Numbered from the whole stretch's first letter, positions 35,366-48,992 are shown. The stretch: DNA of 59,033 nucleotides, filler included, from Sphacelaria rigidula (GCA_964200075.2; 8 parts of 8 records of this genome joined end to end with filler, not necessarily neighbours in it), one strand, 5' to 3'. Made by a program: numbers and translations. Notes: generated by a model from the sequence alone, not told the origin.

Positions 35366-36415
35366 CAACCCAGAGATAGACCTGAAATAGGGAAGCCAAC
35401 CCTCCTTTTCTTTAGCCCACTGTAGCACAGCCCGGACATGAACATGAAATGAAGAAGCTAAACTCCTTTTTTATTTAACCTACGATGATCCAGCCCAGAC
35501 ATCGACATGAAACTCCTTTTTTCTTCAACCTACCATAACACAGCCTGAAAATGACATGGAACAGAGAAGCTGACCATCCTTTTTCTTCAACCTACCATGA
35601 CGTGGCCCGGACATAGACATGGAATAGAGAAGTTAACCCTCCTTTTCTTTAACCCACCATAACACAGCCTGAACATGACATGGGACAGAGAAGCTAACCA
35701 TCCTCTTTCTTCAACCTACCATGACGCAGCCCGGACATAGACATGAAATAGAGAAGTTAACCCTCCTTTTCTTGAACATGCCATAACACAGCCCGGACAT
35801 GGACATGGGGCCATCCTTTTCTTTAACTTACCATAACACAGCCCGGACGTAAACATGAAATGAAGAAGCTAAACCTCCTTTTTCTCCAATCTACCATTAT
35901 ACAGCCCGGACATGACTTGGAATAGAGAAGCTAACCCTCTCTTCAACCTACCATGACACAGCCCGGATATAGACGTAAAATAAAGAAGCTAGCCCATTTT
36001 TTTCTTCAACCTACCATAACACAGCCCGGACATGCCTTGGAATAGAGAAGCTAACCATCCTTTTTCTTCAACCTACCATGACACAGCCCGGAGATAGACA
36101 TGAAATAGAGAAGCTAACCCTCCTTTTCTTCAAAATACCATAACACAGCCCGGACATAGATATGAGACCATCCTTTTCTTCAATCCACCATAATACAGCC
36201 CGGACATAAACATGAAATGAAGAAGCTTACCCTCCTTCTCTTGAGCCTACCACAACACAGCCCGGACAAAAACATGGAATGGAGAAGCTAACCATCCTTT
36301 TTCTTGAACTTACCATGCCACAGCCTGGACATAGGCATGAAATGAAAAAGTAATCCCCCCTCCCTTGTTTTAACTTGCCATAATGCAGCCCGGATATAGA
36401 CGTAAAATAACGAGG
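35366..36415 (+). repeat. Minisatellite: ~18 units of 62 bp with periodic 50-bp deletion units
   Basis: Consensus CAGCCCGGACATAGACATGAAATAGAGAAGCTAACCCTCCTTTTCTTCAACCTACCATAACA; short units at ~35490, 35789 and 36146. Confidence 0.97.
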
Positions 36416-36860
36416 AAAAACATATATGTTTTCCCATAGCAAGACGGGAAGTAACCGAGATTCTTCCCCCTCTATCACAACAAAAGTAATACAAGAACAA
36501 CACCAAAACCTAGATAAGCAAGAAGTAGCGTGAAGGTTGACCACCTTACATGCCAATCGAGAATACAGAATACATTGCAAGTGTGGATAGATTAGGGTCA
36601 TCACCCGCTCTATGTTGAATTCACATGGGCGTTGGGGTCTCGTGGTGAGATACCCGTAAAACCTCACCGGTTTCCATTGAGCAGTGAAAGTCCAGTCAGC
36701 CATTTTCCTACAATTTCCGACGTTAGGAGCAAAAAGCGCCTAATGAAGGGAAGGGGTCGGCAATGCATGGCATAAACGTCAAGACCTACTGCACTCACGA
36801 AACAAACACCTTACCGATGACTAACCACATGACGTACGAAAAGGAGCACCAAGCGGTACG

Positions 36861-36960
36861 NNNNNNNNNNNNNNNNNNNNNNNNNNNNNNNNNNNNNNNN
36901 NNNNTTAATTAATTAANNNNNNNNNNNNNNNNNNNNNNNNNNNNNNNNNNNNNNNNNNNN
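36861..36960. other. Artificial contig linker
   Basis: N44-TTAATTAATTAA-N44. Confidence 0.99.
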
Positions 36961-39244
36961 AAAAGTGTCACCGACCAAAAGCACGAACAGACCGGAGATG
37001 ACGTTCACCCTCTGACTATGCACGCCGCAAAATCCCTCAAATTACTTGTGATTAGAGTAGGGTTTCCATTACACGCTTTTGAAGTTTTCTTGTTCCGGAG
37101 GACGAACCACGGCGTGGCTCGGCTACTCACCGGCGTGTATTTGTCCTAGCTACAATTTTACAGGTTGGTTTTACCTAAGACGTTACGGTGATCGAGAAAT
37201 CGCAAAAAATATATGTTTTGTTTTTCACTTAATTCGTTACAAAACTCGCATCCTGATGAAATAAAAAAATTCAACCAGTCTAATTGTAGCTGTCGTCTTG
37301 GCGCAGATGATGCAAAAAATCGCATCCCAATCGATGGCCGTGGCGATGAGCATTCTTTGGAACAGATTGGGCTGTGATCGCAAACACGCATCCCCAACCC
37401 TCACCGGTCTCGACAAAACGCGAAAACCTCACCCCTGTGTATCGGCCTCGGAATAGATGACACCCATGAATGACTCGCGATAGTGCAGATGGTTGATACA
37501 TTGGATATGTGGAATGTTGCAGAATTTGAACCTTCGACCGAGCCCCCAGAAGCAAGAATTATCTTCGCGACCTCGCAGCAGCGGAGAGAAAAAATTATAG
37601 CACTGGCCCTAACGAAGGCATACCGAGAACCATCGGGCAAGGCGGGTGCAACGTGTTTCGTAGGCGAAGGGTGCGTTGCCAGACCTCGAATTGGCGCCCC
37701 AGGCGCCGATTTAGATAAGAACGCGTTCAGGGACGCTAGTAGAATGCTAGGAGCACAGCCCCCATGAAAGATCCGGAATTCGGTTTTCACACCAAGATCA
37801 AGATTGACCGACTCACGCTCCCGAATGAGAAAGTATACTGGGCCAAGACGACACAACGTCGTTGGCCCACTTTCGCTGAAGCCACATGGCACCGAAGCCC
37901 CAACGATGTCTTTCAGTGAACCCACCCATCTTAAGACACACATCTGTTGTATCGGCAATGGTGGGTGACGGACGACCGTTCGTTTTCATTCCCTCTTGCA
38001 AAACCAAATCGTTGGAGTCCGATGAGCCCCTAGACCGCAAGGGTAGTCCATCCGGACCATGCATACTTTTTTCGAGTGGAAAATGATGCCGATTCAGCAT
38101 GTGACCAAACCGTCGCGGTCAAAGAGCAATGAAAAGCCATGCCCACGGAACAACAAATACACTTTGGAACGCGAGTCATTCGTCCGACAAAAGTTGTGGA
38201 ACCATGGCAGCCGATAAATCAAGCTCCTCAAACCATGACGAGGTGGTGGACCAACACCCGTCCAGCCCGCATTACACACCCGGTGACTATTTGCACTCCA
38301 TTCGTCTGTGTTAGGGCTGACCTCGCTGAAGTTCATCAGTACATATGGCTTTGTCGCATGTTGAGCACATCATGTTGACCCAACTTTGATCCGCCCAAAA
38401 ATGGCTCAGCTTCCTGGTTTCACTTACCGGCGTTGGGCTACAAATGTTCATGGTTGATGTTACTTGATTTGAGTGCGTACCACGAGAACCGGAATTTTAG
38501 TAGGGCTGACGGTCCCGTGTACTCCTCGGGTGCGCACAACGCGTTTCCGTTGGAATCTGCGCCACAGAAGTCGATTTGGGGTCCACCAAGGCCTCACTTT
38601 CTTCAGGGAATGTATGTACCGCCCTTGCCCGAGTGTTTTCGGTGTGCGTTGGGTTGGTTCAACTCAATCAGCCTCCTTGCATGCCAGGGTATGGCAAGCG
38701 TGAACGAAAGGTGACGCAGTGGCATGTAGTATATGAGGAACGACGGAAATAACGGTAGGCTTCTGGGTTTAGACGGCGGTCCACCTTTTTCGATATGAAT
38801 TTTGGATTCATGCCGTTCTCTTCCAATGACGTAAGGCGCATTTTACTCCACGAGCCTGGATAAGCCCCAGAAGTCGGTCTGTTCGTGTCTGTTCGTGATA
38901 TTGGCCGGTGACACTTTTGTTGCCCATTTTGGGGGTCAGGCGCGCCCATAACAGTATCAGTATATAAATGTAAATATATACATATATATATATATGTATA
39001 CCGTCGCGCATTGGTGGTCTGATGGCACAAATGACACCTTGAGATCGGGGCGGGAAAAAACTGGTTCGATTCTCGCCTGGTGCGTCTCGGTTTGCGTTTT
39101 CTCACAAGTATCTGATTTTCGTCGTTGAATACGTGATACCAAAATACGCTGGCCTCCCAAGATTAATGCGCGACAAAGTACACGAAGAACAGTATCCCGT
39201 ACACTTTTCTACCCCCCGCCCCCCCCCCCCCCCCCTTTCACCAT

Positions 39245-39427
39245 AGCAGGATACGGCTCACTGTTCATGCGACTCGCCGTGCACATCACGGCACCCCACG
39301 CTGGGTGATTGATTGCGAGCCTGGTCCGGCGAAAACCCAGCGTGCTCCGTCCCAGCTGTATAGGGATGCGAGGTTGATGGTATTACAACTGCAGCATGCA
39401 AGATCATGAGTACACCCCCCTTCCCCC
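39245..39427 (+). mobile_element. Poly-C-ending LINE-derived family copy
   Basis: ...gcgagcctggtccggcgaaaacc...gggatgcgagg...gatcatgagtacacccccc. Confidence 0.85.
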
Positions 39428-40039
39428 TGAGGACCGAAATTCATCTCATTTGTTTCTGTTCGCGTTTTTGCCTTCCTCGTTGCTTTTCCCGTCTCGATTC
39501 GTGCGTCCAATGAATATGTCCCTCAGACATGTGCGAAATGCCTCCTTGCTGGAAACACCTACATGCTGTTTGGTTGGCTTGGCTATATTTAACGCTCGTG
39601 GTTGGAGACGATCCCCAACCTGAACCATCGCCTGCGATAGCCTTGGGCATAATTGACAATCGAAACAAGAACAATGACGACGTACGTATAAGGTTGTCAA
39701 AACCGGCAAAACCGTATGGAATTCACGATGAGCCTCCAGCAGAATACAATATCCACGAAACCTTGTTATCTAGTTTCTTTATTTTTATCCTCTGTTGTTT
39801 TTATTTTCATTCTCTGTTTGAGTTTAATTTGTGTGATATCCCACTTCACTTATTAAGGGTAGTACCACTTTTGTACATGATCTATTTTGGGATCGATTTA
39901 TGTCGGGGTGTGTATGACGATTGGGAGGGGAGAATGTGGTACCCTCCCCCGATTATCATTAGCCTGGTCCGGCGTGAACCCGGCGTGCTCCGTCCCGGCT
40001 TTGTAGGGGCGAACCCCCGATTGGGGTGGCGTCGGTATT

Positions 40040-40590
40040 TCATAGCGCTGCGTTAACCATGATGGCAGTCGAGCTAGATCATTTTGCGCGACGTGGGAGA
40101 ACCTCAACTCCGCACAATGGGAGTGATCGCGTACTACGTAGTATTTACATGGTGAGACACCCATGAGACAGTGTGTAGGCCGTGGCTATCGCTGGAAGTG
40201 GCGATACCAAACAATAGAGCAACTCATTGTAGGCTATCATCCAAATGCAAGATAATCAGTAGGCTTCGGGCCGAACAATCTTAGCAGGATGCAGCTCACC
40301 CTTCGTGGGGCTCGCCGAACACACCACGGCGCTCCGCGCTGGGTGATTGAATGCGAGCCTGGTCCGGCGAAAACCCCGCATGCTCCGTCCCGGCTTTGTG
40401 GGGATGCGAGGTCAATGGTCTTATGGTTATGGCATGCATGATCATGAGTACCCCCCCACCCCCCCCCACCCCACCCCCAGTGAGCCTGGTCCGGCAAAAA
40501 CCCAGTTTGCTCCGTCCCGGCTTTGGTAGGGATATAAGATCAATGGTTTTATGACTACGTGATGGAAGATCATGAGTACCCCCCCCCCCC
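40040..40590 (+). mobile_element. Poly-C-ending LINE-derived family: long copy (40040-40478) plus a tandem short copy (40481-40590)
   Basis: Colinear with 54950-55376 over ~430 bp; both units end GATCATGAGTAC(C)n. Confidence 0.88.
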
Positions 40591-40738
40591 TGAGAGGTCC
40601 ATAGTAGGAAAGTATGTACGTAGGTGCGGAAAAACGTTTTTTTGTACCCTTGGACAATCAATCACTCAAACCGAATCAACCTCCAAACTCAGAGACAGCG
40701 TAAATACTGTTTTTCAAAACCATGCGTTTTTTTAGGCG

Positions 40739-41236
40739 TTGCCTGACTCCATTTACGAGCCGCTGAAAGCCCTTGCGATCAGCAACGCGACCGTGCTGTT
40801 ACTTTTGACCATGTCGCATCGCAAGCTTCGGCACTCCATGTTGCTCAACTGCGGCGTAAGGTACAGGCGACCAATTGATCACATAAATGAAGACTCAAAC
40901 GATAAACGCGCACTCAATATTGTCGCGCTTGATGGCGGCCGTGGTGGCCGCCGCAGCAAAGGTCCCCCACGCGGCCGAAACGCCAAATTAGGGAGAAGCT
41001 CGAACCCTTCTGACGCGTCAAGCAGCGTCAACGCGACGAGTGATCAAGTTAGCAACTCATCTGCTCCAGCAAGGGAGGACGTCGGGACGTTTTCGGAGTT
41101 GAGTGGATCGCCATGGACATTTGTCGATACTGTCGCGTGTCAACCGAGCATGACTGGGAAGGGTGCCCAGCGCGTCAGGCGCACCATCGTGTGGATGACG
41201 AGACCCCGCCAACGCAACAAGGAAACGGTACATTGA
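40739..41236 (+). mobile_element. Ty1/copia-like gag relic
   Basis: LPDSIYEPLK motif, then a basic Gly/Arg tract (ALNIVALDGGRGGRRSKG) and a frameshifted HGH zinc-knuckle-like remnant. Confidence 0.45.
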
Positions 41237-42905
41237 CATCCCTCGTACGGCAGGCAAGCTGTCGCGCCTGATGTACCCGGTCGTGTGCCATGAGTAAACG
41301 TCTGGTGTCATGGACTTTAAGATTGTGATGGGGCGACCATCATGGTGACCAACTGAGCGTGGAACGCTTGGATGAAGACGCCGCGATGACCGCGGTGCCG
41401 AAAAAGGCCATATTGCATCCCTAGATCGTAAAAGAGGACCATGATGATTGCCACCCGAGCGTTGAACGCTTGGATACGAACACCGCGACGCAGCGATTGT
41501 CACTACGGTTGATGGACCCGCGAGCCAGCCCGATCAAGATCTCCTCAGCAGTACAGCATTTTGCTCAGCATTCCCCGCCACGACGGAGGAAGAAGAGGTA
41601 AGCTCGGCGGGGGCAGACACTGTCTTCATCGTCAGTGCTGCGACGGCACATGTGGTCTCGAAAGTTTGCAAAGCCATGTGGTCGACAGAATCGGCTGCCG
41701 GCTCCACAAATATGGATCATGTGGATACTCCCTTGCCGAACGCAGAGCTCGCGGATGAGACGGTTGTTTCCGATCAAGTTCAGGGATAACGCGGCAGAAG
41801 CACTCTTGCGCGTCATCCAGGAAGTTACAGACCTGAAAGACATATCCTTCCACCCTAGACCGTTTGAAAACAGCAGCGTGTCAACATTTCGCGAATGAGG
41901 GCATGTTTGTGGAGGCCACGCTACGTATGGGCATAATGAACACCCGTATATAGCTCTACGCATGTAAACCGGAGACGGCAGCAGGACTACGGCAGCAATC
42001 CTCCTCGGGGGGAACCGTGGATCACCTCCTTCGACCGCAGCACGTAGCCACGCTGTAGAATCCTTGGTGAAGTCATATCTGCATGTTTACATGCTACCTC
42101 TTGGCATAATGTCAGGTTATTTTTTGGTCAGTTCTCACGCTCGAAATGATTAGGGCACCCCGCCAACCGGTGCGTGAAAAAACGCAGCGAGGAGGCGTAC
42201 CTGTTGTGCGAAAAGGTCTGTATTTCTAGTTCACCCCTCGAGAGTCCTACCTCAGAACAAACAAATAGACGGATGAAGAGTGCATTTATAGGGGCTATAT
42301 GTGCTTATGGATGGACATTTTTTGGCTTACCGATTGTGGGGGGCAGTGAGAGTGTTCACGTGGTGACGGGCCCAACTCAACGCAGGAGATCTCCATTGTC
42401 GTGCAACGCTGCAAAATATCCATGTGGGACATGAATGCTCATCTACGCTGTCCCTGTGGGATAATTATTTGGCGTGTCATTTCCATCTGGAATGCTCACC
42501 TGGGTCTAGTGGTTACGAATATTTGTACTTGAGGTATCCATCTGGGTGTTCATTCAGGAGATCAGATTCATCTAAGATGGATACCCACCCGGGATACGTA
42601 AATTCATGACAGAAATCCTTCTGGAATTTCCAACTAGGATGTTGAATTCATCTGGAATGTCCGTCTGAACATGGGATATCCCACATGGACGCCCACCTAG
42701 GATATGGATATTCTCTCGTGACATCCCCCCAGTATACGAATGTCGAATCCCAAGATGTACTTCACGCGTCCTTGCGGGCTAGAGTTTAAAGGTTGTTAAT
42801 AGCTCAAAACCATATACTTGCGCTTTGTTTGACTTCACCTCCACGCCAAGGTCTCGCGCCGACAGTGTCAAAGGTAATACACACTACACAGAAGTAGCGG
42901 TTACG

Positions 42906-43155
42906 GACTACTGCCGAGATAGCCCCTCCCGCGAACCGGCCAAAAACGTGCACGGAGGCGATGATCATATATGCCGTTAGAGCTGGTTTCGTGCAGCAGG
43001 ACGCGATTCATTTGGGCGTTATAGCTGATTTGGGATTGCTATACGCCTCTCATGTGGGCGGGGTTGCTGCAAAGGAGCCCAATAGTGGGATCGCAGCCGG
43101 TTTGAGGGACGGTCTCCGGTGCACTTTTTGTGGGGGGGCTATCTCGGCATTAGTC
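42906..43155. mobile_element. MITE family A, copy 2 (250 bp, 4-bp TSD TACG)
   Basis: TIR GACTACTGCCGAGATAGCCCC / GGGGCTATCTCGGCATTAGTC; TACG at 42902-42905 and 43156-43159; reverse complement of 862-1112. Confidence 0.92.
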
Positions 43156-43724
43156 TACGCGTGCACATAGCAGATGATCTTGAGGTTGACTTGGACGACT
43201 CATCTTGGGGATCCCAGGTGGATGATGCCTATCCCACGTGCATGTCCCGAATATACAGCATTATCTGAGTCGGGTATCCCAGATCGACCCGACGTTCCAT
43301 GTGAATATCCCATATAGGTGCACACCTGGATCTGAGACACTTATGATGGATTATACCTTATGCCTGCCGACATCCTAGAAGTATGCGAATTTCTGGGTAG
43401 ATGACCCACGTGGACGCGGGCATACTAGATGGATCGCCATAGGTCTATATATCCCAAATGAAGGCTGCACGATGATACGAGATCGTTTTTAACAGTGACC
43501 ACCCATGAAGTGTGTGCCACTGCATGTGTGACAGTAGATAGCTAGGAAGGTTTCGCCGAGTATTAATCGGTGGAGGTCGCGTGGTCAACGAACTACTACG
43601 TAGTAGTTACAAATACCACTCTATCAAAGAGCTATTTTCTCACTTCAGAGTAATCGGCTAAAGAAAAAAGCGTACAGTTAACTCTGTAGAGGGAAATGTA
43701 CCAAATAAGATACAGAGCCAATTA

Positions 43725-44251
43725 GGATACAAGTTTTTTTAATCGTTCATATCTCCGCGAAATATTAACCGTTTTCCGATCTGCTTTTTCTGCGTGTGCG
43801 CAAGAGCACGGCGCTTTGTTTGAGCTATTGAATGTGTCTCAAGCATCCGATTACGTAGTCTTACAGCACTGCGAGTAAGCGCGTATGTGTCATCCTCCAA
43901 AATCAGCTTTTTGGTCGATCGGCTGCTAAGCATGCAGAGAGCAGAACGTGCAGCACAGGCCGTATAAGCGGTACACAGCGGTCGTCCTAGCTTCCATGCT
44001 GCAGCTACGACCTTTGACATCTCCGTCGGTGCACTTCAGAAGCGTATGAGTGGTAGCGTGGGCATAGCTGGCAGGGGTGTTCCACACACTGCACTGACGA
44101 CCGAGAAAGAACACTTCATCAAAGATACGCTCAAGTTTGCCAAGATACAAGTTCTTTCAATCGTCCATAACTCCGCGAAATATTGATCGTTTTCCATTCT
44201 GTCTTTTGCTGCGTGTGCACAAAAGCACGGCGCTTTGTTAGAGCTACAGCA
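43725..44251 (+). repeat. ~100-bp direct repeat with a ~420-bp period, cut by the contig end
   Basis: aatcgt.cata.ctccgcgaaatatt...ctgcgtgtgc.caa.agcacggcgctttgtt.gagcta at ~43741 and ~44159. Confidence 0.85.
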
Positions 44252-44351
44252 NNNNNNNNNNNNNNNNNNNNNNNNNNNNNNNNNNNNNNNNNNNNTTAAT
44301 TAATTAANNNNNNNNNNNNNNNNNNNNNNNNNNNNNNNNNNNNNNNNNNNN
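44252..44351. other. Artificial contig linker
   Basis: N44-TTAATTAATTAA-N44. Confidence 0.99.
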
Positions 44352-44415
44352 GTTGTTTGTTCTTTTTTCTTGTTTGTTGTCTGCTGTTTGGTTTTTGTTT
44401 TGGGCCTCTCGTGGT

Positions 44416-44452
<37 letters not shown>

Positions 44453-44986
44453 GGGGGGGTACATTTCGACACACAACTCAGACCCAACACCGCGAGTAGG
44501 GCAGGAGAGGGACAGAAGGGCAGAGGTCAAGAAACCAATAGGCTCTGTTGATACAATATGGTAGGTGATTTTTTTCTATTGACGTGTTTCGGCGAGTGGG
44601 GTGGCGGTGATCGTCAGCAACCAGGGGTGCAAAGCGTAATAACACCTTCTACTAGTAGTACTAGTACTACTGGAAGGAAAAATTCTACTGAAACATGAAA
44701 AAAAAGGAAAATACAGAGCGTGGACGACAAAGAAGCAGATGAGACGCCTACATCAATATCCGCTTGCGCCTTTCAGACACAAAACGACATCAAGTCCACC
44801 CTAGACGGACTGCCCCCCCCCCACCCCCCCCCCAGCTCTCAACAAAATCCTTGTAAAGTCACATCGCTTATATTCCAATTCCCTAGCACACATGCGGTTC
44901 CATCCACGCCGTCATGTTACGCTGGCAGCAGCAGCAGCAGCAGCAAGCACTCAAAACGCCGCGTCACCATATACACGCCTACCCAC

Positions 44987-45337
44987 CTCATCTCCCTTGA
45001 CAACCTCCGCCTGAACTCGCGCAAACAAGGCTTCCGCGGGGGACAGCACTTTCTCTCCGTCCTTCTTCTTAATAGCACTGCCGTCGTTTTGGCCACCACC
45101 AGCCGAAACATTCTCGCCGCCAGGGGCCGTGGCACCGCCCTGAGCTGCGGAGGGGGTGGCGACGGCGCCCCCCCCTCCGCCAGGGATAGACACCAAGTCA
45201 ACCTGCCGCGCGGCGGCCTGCCTCAGTGCTTTGGCATCTTTGAGCGACAGATCCATTCCGAGGCTTGGGTCGCCTCGCTCGCGGTCGGCACGTAGACCAA
45301 GGTTGATGATTTCCTTCACCACCTTTTCGGCCAGTTC
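44987..45337 (-). CDS. NCAPG: Condensin complex subunit 3 (CAP-G), exon D
   Basis: CAG acceptor (ct at 45338-45339), GTGGGT donor; 117 codons, ELAEKVVKEII...LSPAEALFARVQAE, matching CAP-G (EVA.SVL..; LTPE.ALYW); phase 0. Confidence 0.82.
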
Positions 45338-46120
45338 CTGCAGTGGTCCAAAACCAAAGGTAACAGAAAAAAATATAAACTCAAGAACCGGACAGACACG
45401 AGGTTACCGTTACTCTCCTACCTCCGAGTGAATCGAACACTCGCTACTCGCTACTCTTTGCAAATTATGTACGTTTGTGTGTGCGCGCGAGGGCACGTGT
45501 TTGTTCGTCTTCTGCTTGGGGGTCCAAAATCACGTTTCCCTCAAAAATCACACACTCACATGGCGATCAAAAGGTACACTCCGTAGTAGTATATAGATAG
45601 GTATATATCACTTCACGACAACAACAAATCCATGAACCGAGCGACAGGAGACGAGAGAACGTGGGGCAGCTCTGCTTCCTATACTCGTACACACAATCCA
45701 TTCGTAGTCTATCCTCATCCCCTCCCAAAACACCACACAAACACTAAGCCGCGCATCTCCTCCAGTACACTCTTGCCCTCACTTTCTGCCGTCAAGACCG
45801 TGCGCAATCCCCCCGTCCCCAACTTCCAACCACCGTACTCGACGCGCCCAAGCGCAGAGTACTCACAGCATACCACTCCGGCCCACGGAACGCAAAAACA
45901 CACGAGATCGCCGCACGCGCCAGTAGCCCACCGCCTTCCCTCTTCCTTCTACAGCTCAGCTAAGAGAGCATGGCATTGAAACTGCTAAAGTCAATGGTTC
46001 GATTTCGGTTGGGAGCATTTAAAAAAGCTCCGTCTCGAAATGGATGCATGTTTAATGATGAAATGACCAAGCCACGCAGAACATGAGCACGCCCCCCCCC
46101 CCCCCCCCCCTTTCCCCCAC

Positions 46121-46297
46121 CTCATGATTGACCACATCCAACAGCGCGAGGAGCTGCACAGGATCATCGCCGGCGTCCCTGAGCCAGCGGGTGCACAGCA
46201 TGACACGGCAGGCGTCCACCACGGCCGGCGAACTGTCCGACAGGCCTCTCTGTATGAGCAATACCGTCTGGTGCGTCTGCAGGTGTTTCGCGTTCAC
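46121..46297 (-). CDS. NCAPG: CAP-G exon C
   Basis: TAG acceptor, GT donor; VNAKHLQTHQTVLLIQRGLSDSSPAVVDACRVMLCTRWLRDAGDDPVQLLALLDVVNHE aligns to CAP-G (QRVMLLQQGLNDRSDAVK..M...LLQGWL....GNILELLHRLDVEN). Confidence 0.92.
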
Positions 46298-48339
46298 CTA
46301 GTTTTAGCAGGAGCGGCGGCGACGTGAGAAACATGGGGCAGGGCGGGGAAGCCGGCGTGATTGTCGCAGATTCGTTTTTTACTCTCCAAGACTTGGGGAG
46401 ATGTGCAAGCAGTCATGTCATACAACACGATGTAACAATCACGGGCTCCATTTATCGCACAGGCCGTACGTACAGTACATACTGCTGCAGCGACCGCTTA
46501 TTTGCTCTATTTTTACTTCTTCCATATGTTTTCCTCGTCGGCTTCGACGTACTAGTATACATCCAAGCCGTGGGTGCAGGCGAACGAAACATGGGCTTCG
46601 TGTACCGCCACAAGCCATACCATATTGTGACTCTACGAACCCCCTTTTCCCCGAGGAGACTAGAGGGCGATGTACCATAGACCCTCATTCTTTATCGGAA
46701 CCGACAAGGGTGCTTCATCTCCGGTTAGATGGGCGGGCATGACGAGGGGGAGGCATGTATGTGGCGCGCGCGGGGGGGGGGGGGGGGGGGGGATGGAGGG
46801 CTTTTTTGTCTTCTGCTGCCCGCTCCGGTTTTTGGAAAGGGGGCCACGTAAAAAAANNNNNNNNNNGGGGGGGGGGGGGGTGGGGGGGGTGGGGGGCGGT
46901 GGGGGGGGCGTGCGGGGGGGGGGGGGGGGACGATAGATGACGTTTTAGTACTCTTTCTCGTCCTCCTGACTTTGTAAACGGAGCCATGTCTAAAAATAGA
47001 ATGTGTACGGATCGACAGGATGTAGATTCATACTGTAGTACAAGACGATCGATGGATCGTGGGAAGACCTGCTAAGTCTGATTTAGCCACTCATCTTCAC
47101 GTGAAACGATGATTGATTGATCGTCACACATGATGAAATCAATCTCGACAGGTGACGAGCCCTCGACAGGCTCTTTGCGCGCGCGCGTGTGTAGAGCATT
47201 TCATTTGCTCTTACATGGAAGTACCCACGAGAATCATTGTATCGCATATGGCCCTGTTTAGATTCACACGGGCTTAGCGGGGGGATGGGGGGACGGGTGG
47301 TTCGTTCGGGTCGCGGCATGTTCAACCGCGGACGAATCTTCGGTTGCTGGGTGACTGGCAGCAAATAAAAAAACAGAAACAAAGATATGTGCTTATCTTG
47401 TGACCAACACGGCGGGATCCGCATCAGATCAGTTATGTGCGACAACCAATCACCCAACCAAAAGATCAACGCGGTACTGTACATCAAGCATGATGAGCCC
47501 GACTGCTTGATCGAACAGACGGTCGATTTTTGTCCGATTGAGAAACGCACAAATTCCTCATCTCCCGACCGCAAAAAATACATACCAGGTCGACCACGTC
47601 AATCATAGTTTACACGCAATCGTTTTTTTTTATTTCCCCCCCGACAGACTACACCACGAAATGGTCTGGACCTTCACCACATCCTGGATAATATATTGCT
47701 AAAAATTGTACTGTGTGTAGTATAGAATCCATTGTCTATTGAAAAAGACGCGATAGTCGATACTGTACGCAGAACAGTTTTCGACAAAGTGATATATTGT
47801 CCAGGATGCGATCTTTACTGCAGATATATATTCGTAGTATTTTTTCTTCAGACATGAGGGATTTTTGTCATTTCTTCCAAGTTGGTGATTTTCGACGGTC
47901 CTTTCGCCTGCCACCGCTCCTCATCCCAGCGGAAGCTTGATACCCGAAGTTTTAGGATCGGGAGACTCCAGGTATCCGCTCCACATTCCAAAACAAAATC
48001 ATCTCTACGCTCAACATTGAACGACTTTCGGCTTTATTCACCAGGTGTTTTTGGCCGTTTTTGGTCCAAACACACATTCATTTTCGGCTCGAACGCAACG
48101 AAAGGTGAAGATAAAAATAAGGGTCTGTAAAATTATTCATGAGGGCGATAGGAATTGGTTTTTCCCCCCTGTGTGCCATGCAGAGCTTGGGTGGACAATT
48201 ATTTTGTTCTTGGGTGTTTTTCTGAATTAATTGTGAAGTATTCTTCCTTGGTACTCGAAAGTCTTAGCGTCGATAGAAATTAGGAAAAGAGGTAGGTGGT
48301 GCCGAGGACAAAATCCTCACTTGATGTTGTCGAGGTCAC

Positions 48340-48715
48340 ACGAAGTAAGGACCTCGTCTATGAGGGGTTGTTACCGACCGTCACTGGTCCAAAAAACACA
48401 GTTTGTCGGGCCTAGCGCAACTGAAATAAAAAATAAGTCATTCTGTCATTTGCACACGGTGACGACCGGGATTGGATCAATCGAGCAAAATTATCAACGG
48501 GATGAACGCTGCGGCTGGGTAGTCACAGGACCCCCGAAAAAGGTCAACCCGTAAGTCTTTCAATATTGAGTGCAGGGATGATTTTGTCTCGGAATGTGGA
48601 GCGGATGGCTGGTAGCTGCCGATCCCCAAACTTTGGGATCAAACGTTAACTGCGATGAGCCGTGGCACGCGAACACACTATTGGAAATCGCCGACCACGG
48701 AAAAATTACAAAAAA
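48340..48715 (+). repeat. Interspersed repeat, homologous to 12590-12950, in an NCAPG intron
   Basis: Shared colinear blocks listed for 12590-12950. Confidence 0.8.
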
Positions 48716-48992
48716 TTATCATGTCAGCTGTAAACTACTGTTGTAGTCCATGAAGATTCAACCAACACTCCGAAGTGGTGCCATCTTTTGATTTTCGTGG
48801 ATTCAAATGGACTGCGTCGCGAGTCCAGCGTTTGACCTTTGGAAAATGACTCGTACCAACGGACTGTGTTGACAAATGTGCGTGTGTGGGTGCGTCTATG
48901 TTGTGATCGTGGGCTAGATCGCACCATCTCAGATGGGTTGAAGTGAGGCCATCAATCAATCGACAAATCAAAATGTATCTACAGGTTCTCAC

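Noticed and set aside
35366..36415. CRISPR-like regular array
   Set aside because: Whole units are repeated with no unique spacers, there are no cas genes and the context is eukaryotic; it is a minisatellite
37400..38750. GC-balanced region that might be a decayed transposase (e.g. KDZ/Zisupton)
   Set aside because: Only scattered short ORFs and no motif I can place with confidence; needs tBLASTx or an HMM search
41560..41960. Minus-strand gag-like relic
   Set aside because: Frameshifted, and the resemblance is too vague to call
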